This document shows, piece after piece, positions 59,048 through 64,000 of a DNA stretch of 64,000 bases. Position numbers and translations under genes: made by a program. Source of the stretch: the human T2T-CHM13v2.0 reference genome, Homo sapiens; assembly GCF_009914755.1 (NCBI RefSeq), contig NC_060936.1; one strand, written 5' to 3'. Position 1 is the first letter of the stretch, and every line of letters starts with the position of its first letter. The notes beneath the pieces were generated by a model. The model had not been told where the DNA came from. It ran no database searches and worked only from the letters and a program-made list of their open reading frames with translations.

Positions 59048-59100
59048 TGTGTGTGTGTGTATATATATACACACACACATATATATATTTATATATATAT
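59048..59100. repeat. Compound (TG)(TA)(CA)(TA) microsatellite containing a 30-bp perfect palindrome
   Basis: tgtgtgtgtgtatatatatacacacacaca at 59050-59079. Confidence 0.95.
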
Positions 59101-60599
59101 AAAACAACATAGATGTCAGGCTAAGATCAAGTCTTCATGGCTTCATCCCTATGGCCTTAGTGGCCTATTGATCTAAGACAGAAAGAGAGGCATGAGATAA
59201 AAATCTCTTTATTCTGCAGTGTGCTCAGATACCAGCATGTTGATACCCAGCACTATTCCCCCAAACTAAGGAATGTTAGTGCTGTTTTTAGAATATTTCA
59301 AAAATAAATCTGATGAGAATATTAATTGTCAATATATATTGACTACAGAAAACACTATATAAGAGGGAAGTATCTTTGTTACCTGTTAGAAGTGATTGCC
59401 AGTAGGCCAGTCAAAAAAGGATAGTTACTTAGTCTATTATGGTGGCAGTGAAAAAAGAAATAGAAAGATTGTACTTATAATTTGGAGATGAAATGGAAAG
59501 CATTTGATAATAAATTAGAAGCAGAGGCTAAGGTTGAGGCTAAGGTTGAGGAACATGAGAAATAAAGAATGAATCCTAATTTGCAGCTTGGACTTTAAAA
59601 ATTTAGGATCTCTTTGACTTCAGTGTGCTTTTTGAAATTCATTATATTCTGCATAATACTACCCCAAATTCTTTAGTAACTAATTATATGACTGCCATAT
59701 ATAATAGCACCATTTTGTGACAATAGAAGTCAGTAAAAATTGCTGTAGTTACACTAGTAAATGAAAGTTTAATATTTATACTGTGATATACACTGATACT
59801 TGCAACAATTTTACTAACAAAAACAGTTCTGGATAACTAAATTACATTATTTTTAAACTGTGAAATCTTTCATTCAAATGTAGATCCAGTTTACATTGTG
59901 AAATAATGCTGATTGGGGCAAGTGCTAATTACTTAGGGTTTCAAACCACGTAATGAAGCACTGATAATGATCTACAAGTGCAAACTTAGACAACATATCA
60001 TTATAGGTCAGATTAGAAGGTAAAATTTTGACATTTTTATATTTAAATGAAAGGTATGGAAACACAGAATAATGATTTATTTGAACTAATATATGATTGA
60101 ATGGATATGCTATCCCATAGGACATCAGGATGGATATCAATAACTGTAATGTCAAATGCTGGAGATTAGAGGCTGAAATAGTTGCCTTGACTACTCTTAT
60201 ATTTTAATATCAGTTTTTGAAATCTTTATTACTGACTAACATTCTTAACTTAATGCTACTTTTAACTGGATCCATGCTATATACTTCAATAAATGATTTA
60301 AAATATCAGATGCAAATGTCTGTCTGACAAATCACAAGCCCATATGCCACATTTTTTTTGGTAAGTGATGTTGGTAGTAGGAGCCTCATATATTTTTTAA
60401 AATATTCCTGTTCAAAATGTTCAATCATGCTAAAACATTAGGGATGAGTAACTTTTGTTTTGTATAGCATATATTGATTCAAGATATTTTTAGGGTAACA
60501 TATTTTTCTTAATCCTCCATTGAAACATGCTAGTTAACATAAGTCGCTCTACTCTGACATACACTTGTTCAAGGAGATGTCGTATTAAGGTCTGAGTGG

Positions 60600-61065
60600 T
60601 CATTCATTTATTTCATACACATTTGTTAAGCACCCACAACGTGGGACCCAAGGAAGAAGTTGTAGACAAGACTATTAAAAGTGAAAAGTACATACATAAA
60701 GATAAGTGTGAAATGACAGGAAAGCCCAGGGGGACTTTGGAGGATTTACAGGAAAACTCTAGAACAGGAGACATTTAAGTTGTATCTTGAACAACTTGAC
60801 AAGCTGACAGATTGAAAAAAGACATTTCAGACAGGGTAATAACTTAATAACTTAATAACAGATACGGTTTGAATGCTTACCATCTGCTAAGCTGGATAAA
60901 AAATGCTCTTATTCCTCATCAATATAATTGCCATTATTATTCCCACACTACAGATTAAGAAAGTGAGTTTCTGAAGTATTTTGTAGTTAATAAAAAAATA
61001 GAGTTAGGATTCAAACTCAGCCAATCCAAACCCAGGCTCCATTCTCTTAACTACTATGCCACTTA
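60600..61065 (-). mobile_element. L2 fragment followed by MIR
   Basis: tcattcatttatttcatacacatttgttaagcaccc (L2 3' end, antisense); ttaggattcaaactcagccaatccaaacccaggctccattctcttaactactatgc (antisense MIR). Confidence 0.6.
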
Positions 61066-62220
61066 GATGGGACAGAAAAGGTGGAGATGGAGAATGAATG
61101 AGCATGGGTGCTTTGGTAATGGAGCTGTAAACATCCCCAATGCCAACTTTCAAAACCAGAGGTTGTAATACCCAGTGCGCCCTATTCCAAATGTATAAAT
61201 ACCTTTTTCTTGTGAGCATATTTTTAAGTGACCAAGTAATTCAGAACTTAAGCTTATGAATGTGTTCTACTGACTTTAAAATATAGTACTCGAACAAGAA
61301 ATTATGACCTTCAAATATTTCCAAAATTATCTTCTTCCTCTTTGTTTTGTTATAATTATAGACAAAGATAATCATAAATATGCCTCTGGTGGTCTTTTTA
61401 CTACCTAAAATATATAGAACGATTTTTTTTGTAAAAGAAAGAAAGTTTGGAGTTCTCAGCACCTCTTTCTCAACTTCAAAAGCATATATTTAACTTATGT
61501 TTAATTATAACAAAATCTGCTTTTTTTTCCCCTAAGTGAATCTTTGGAAATGAGTCCTGAAAAACTAATAATGGTCCTGAGGCAGGACGATGCACCGAAA
61601 ATAACATTCCAGCTGGTTTCAGTTTTGTTTGTTTTATAGGAATGTTCTGCTTTAGAAATGTCCGCTATGTAACCCTTAATTTGAATGTATATTTAGGGGA
61701 ATAGTTGCTATTGTCACAGTAATTGACTACAAACTTTACTCACGAAGAGGTGTTACTAAGTCAAGCATGAAAACTGGGAAGGGCTGGAGGGGGTAAAAGT
61801 GAATGCAGAGCAGAAGTACAAGGGCAACTGATGACACTCACCTATTGTAAACTGGCTATTTTTTATTTTTGCTTCTAAGAAAAGATAGCAGCTATAGGTA
61901 GTGGTGTTGAAAAGAAAATTGAATTTAGCCCTCGTTGCCAGGATGATGACTGCTAGGGATCTGCTACAGTTATTTTTCTGTAACACCATGTGGCGAAAAC
62001 TTGTTGTAGCCGTCCTGTGTTTAACATCTCTTCTCCAGTTTAAACCCCATCCAGACACTCTTAAAGGTTGTTTATTCCAGATCCTTTATAATCCATTCAT
62101 TGTATGTTATTCTCTGTTTTTTTCCTTCCTTTATCTCATATTTCCTACATTATTACAGATGTTACGTTAGTGTCTGGCAGGCAGCCTCTGAAATGGCCCC
62201 TAATAATCCCTGTCTCGTTA

Positions 62221-62521
<301 letters not shown>

Positions 62522-62730
62522 TGTCTCATGACATTTATGCCCTCAAGTCACCCCCTTTCTTGGAGATGGAGCTGGACTACTTGACTCCCAATGAATAGGC
62601 TACAACAGAAGTACTCAGGTGTTGCTTCTTCGGTTACAAAAAGACTGGCTTTCATTGTAGATGTACGCTCTTGCTCTGTCACTCTGAGGGAAGCTAGCTG
62701 CCATCTTGTGTGCTGCCCGATGTGGAGGCC

Positions 62731-63094
62731 TGCATTTATTTGCCAGGGCCACCATATCAAAACACCACAGACTGTGTGGCTTAAGCAACAGAAGTCTATT
62801 TCCCACAAGTCAAAGATCAAGGTGCAAGAAGGGTTGGTGCCTCCTGAAGCTACTCTCCTTGGCCTGCAGATCCAGCCCTCTTGCTGCCTCTTCACATGGT
62901 TCTCCCTTTGTGCACCAGTACTCTTCAATGTTTAACCCTCTTTTTATAGGGACATTAGTCAGCTTGTATTTTTTCCTACCCTAAAAAATAAATCTTCATT
63001 TAATCACCTCTATAAAGGCACTATCTCCAAATATAGTCAGGTCTTAAGGTATTAGCAGTTAAGACATTAACATATGAATCTTCAGCCCATAACA
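62731..63094 (-). mobile_element. MLT1B-like LTR nested in MLT1E/F
   Basis: caccacagactgtgtggcttaagcaacagaag...aagatcaaggtg...atctccaaatatagtca...ttcagcccataaca. Confidence 0.8.
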
Positions 63095-63465
63095 ATACCC
63101 CCATGCCAAGGAATGGAGGCCTCAGTCCAATAGCCTGTGGGAAACTGAATCCAGTAAGCAGCCATGTGAGTGAGCTTGGAAGCAGATTCTCCCCTAAGAT
63201 AGCCTTCAGATGAGATCAAAGACCTGGCCAAAGGCCTGACTGTAATCTCATGAGTAAACTTGAGCCAGAGGCATCACTACTGGCATTAATGACCTACAGA
63301 AACTGTGAGATGATAAATCTTTGAGAGTTTTTTTTTTAAAGCTTTTGAATTTCGTAGCAATTTGTTATACAGCAAGAGAAAAATAAGACAGTACTTTCAA
63401 ATTATCATGAGTTTTGTTTGTTGTCGGGTCTGTATTTTTTGGAGTAGAAAAAAAGGAGTTTTTAA

Positions 63466-63838
<373 letters not shown>

Positions 63839-64000
63839 CCACATCAGGTCTTAAACACTCATTTACCGGCTACAGAAAATGTTGGTTGTTGATGGCATAC
63901 AGCTGCATCCCAACAAAAATTGCATTCAGCTGACAGTTAATTTGTCTAATGTTTGAAATCCTAATGTATCTCTGTAGGGACTCTGGCTTTTCAGAGCATT

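Noticed and set aside
59524-59551. 12-bp tandem duplication gaggctaaggtt
   Set aside because: A trivial slippage event in decayed repeat sequence.

Overview
AT-rich, repeat-dense primate (catarrhine, probably human) intronic or intergenic DNA. I find no protein-coding exon, RNA gene or CpG island, and the long ORFs in the track are transposable-element remnants or chance frames. The window holds about 16 Alus (FLAM, AluJ, AluS, AluY), many L1, L2 and MIR fragments, DNA-transposon MITEs, several solo LTRs, a complete THE1 MaLR element (8430-11070) and an old minus-strand ERV1 (MER4-group) provirus (~44763-52409). That provirus retains a tRNA-Leu PBS, a PPT, splice signals and an env TM/immunosuppressive-domain relic. 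Three fossils of retroelement biology stand out: a solo LTR inside the provirus with a strand-specific APOBEC3-type G-to-A signature, a 115-nt LTR R-region inserted by L1 machinery with poly(A) and a 15-bp TSD, and an Alu apparently carrying a 32-nt 3' transduction. Repeat family names come from recalled consensus sequences, not a database search, so subfamily calls are provisional. I do not see a new protein-coding system.
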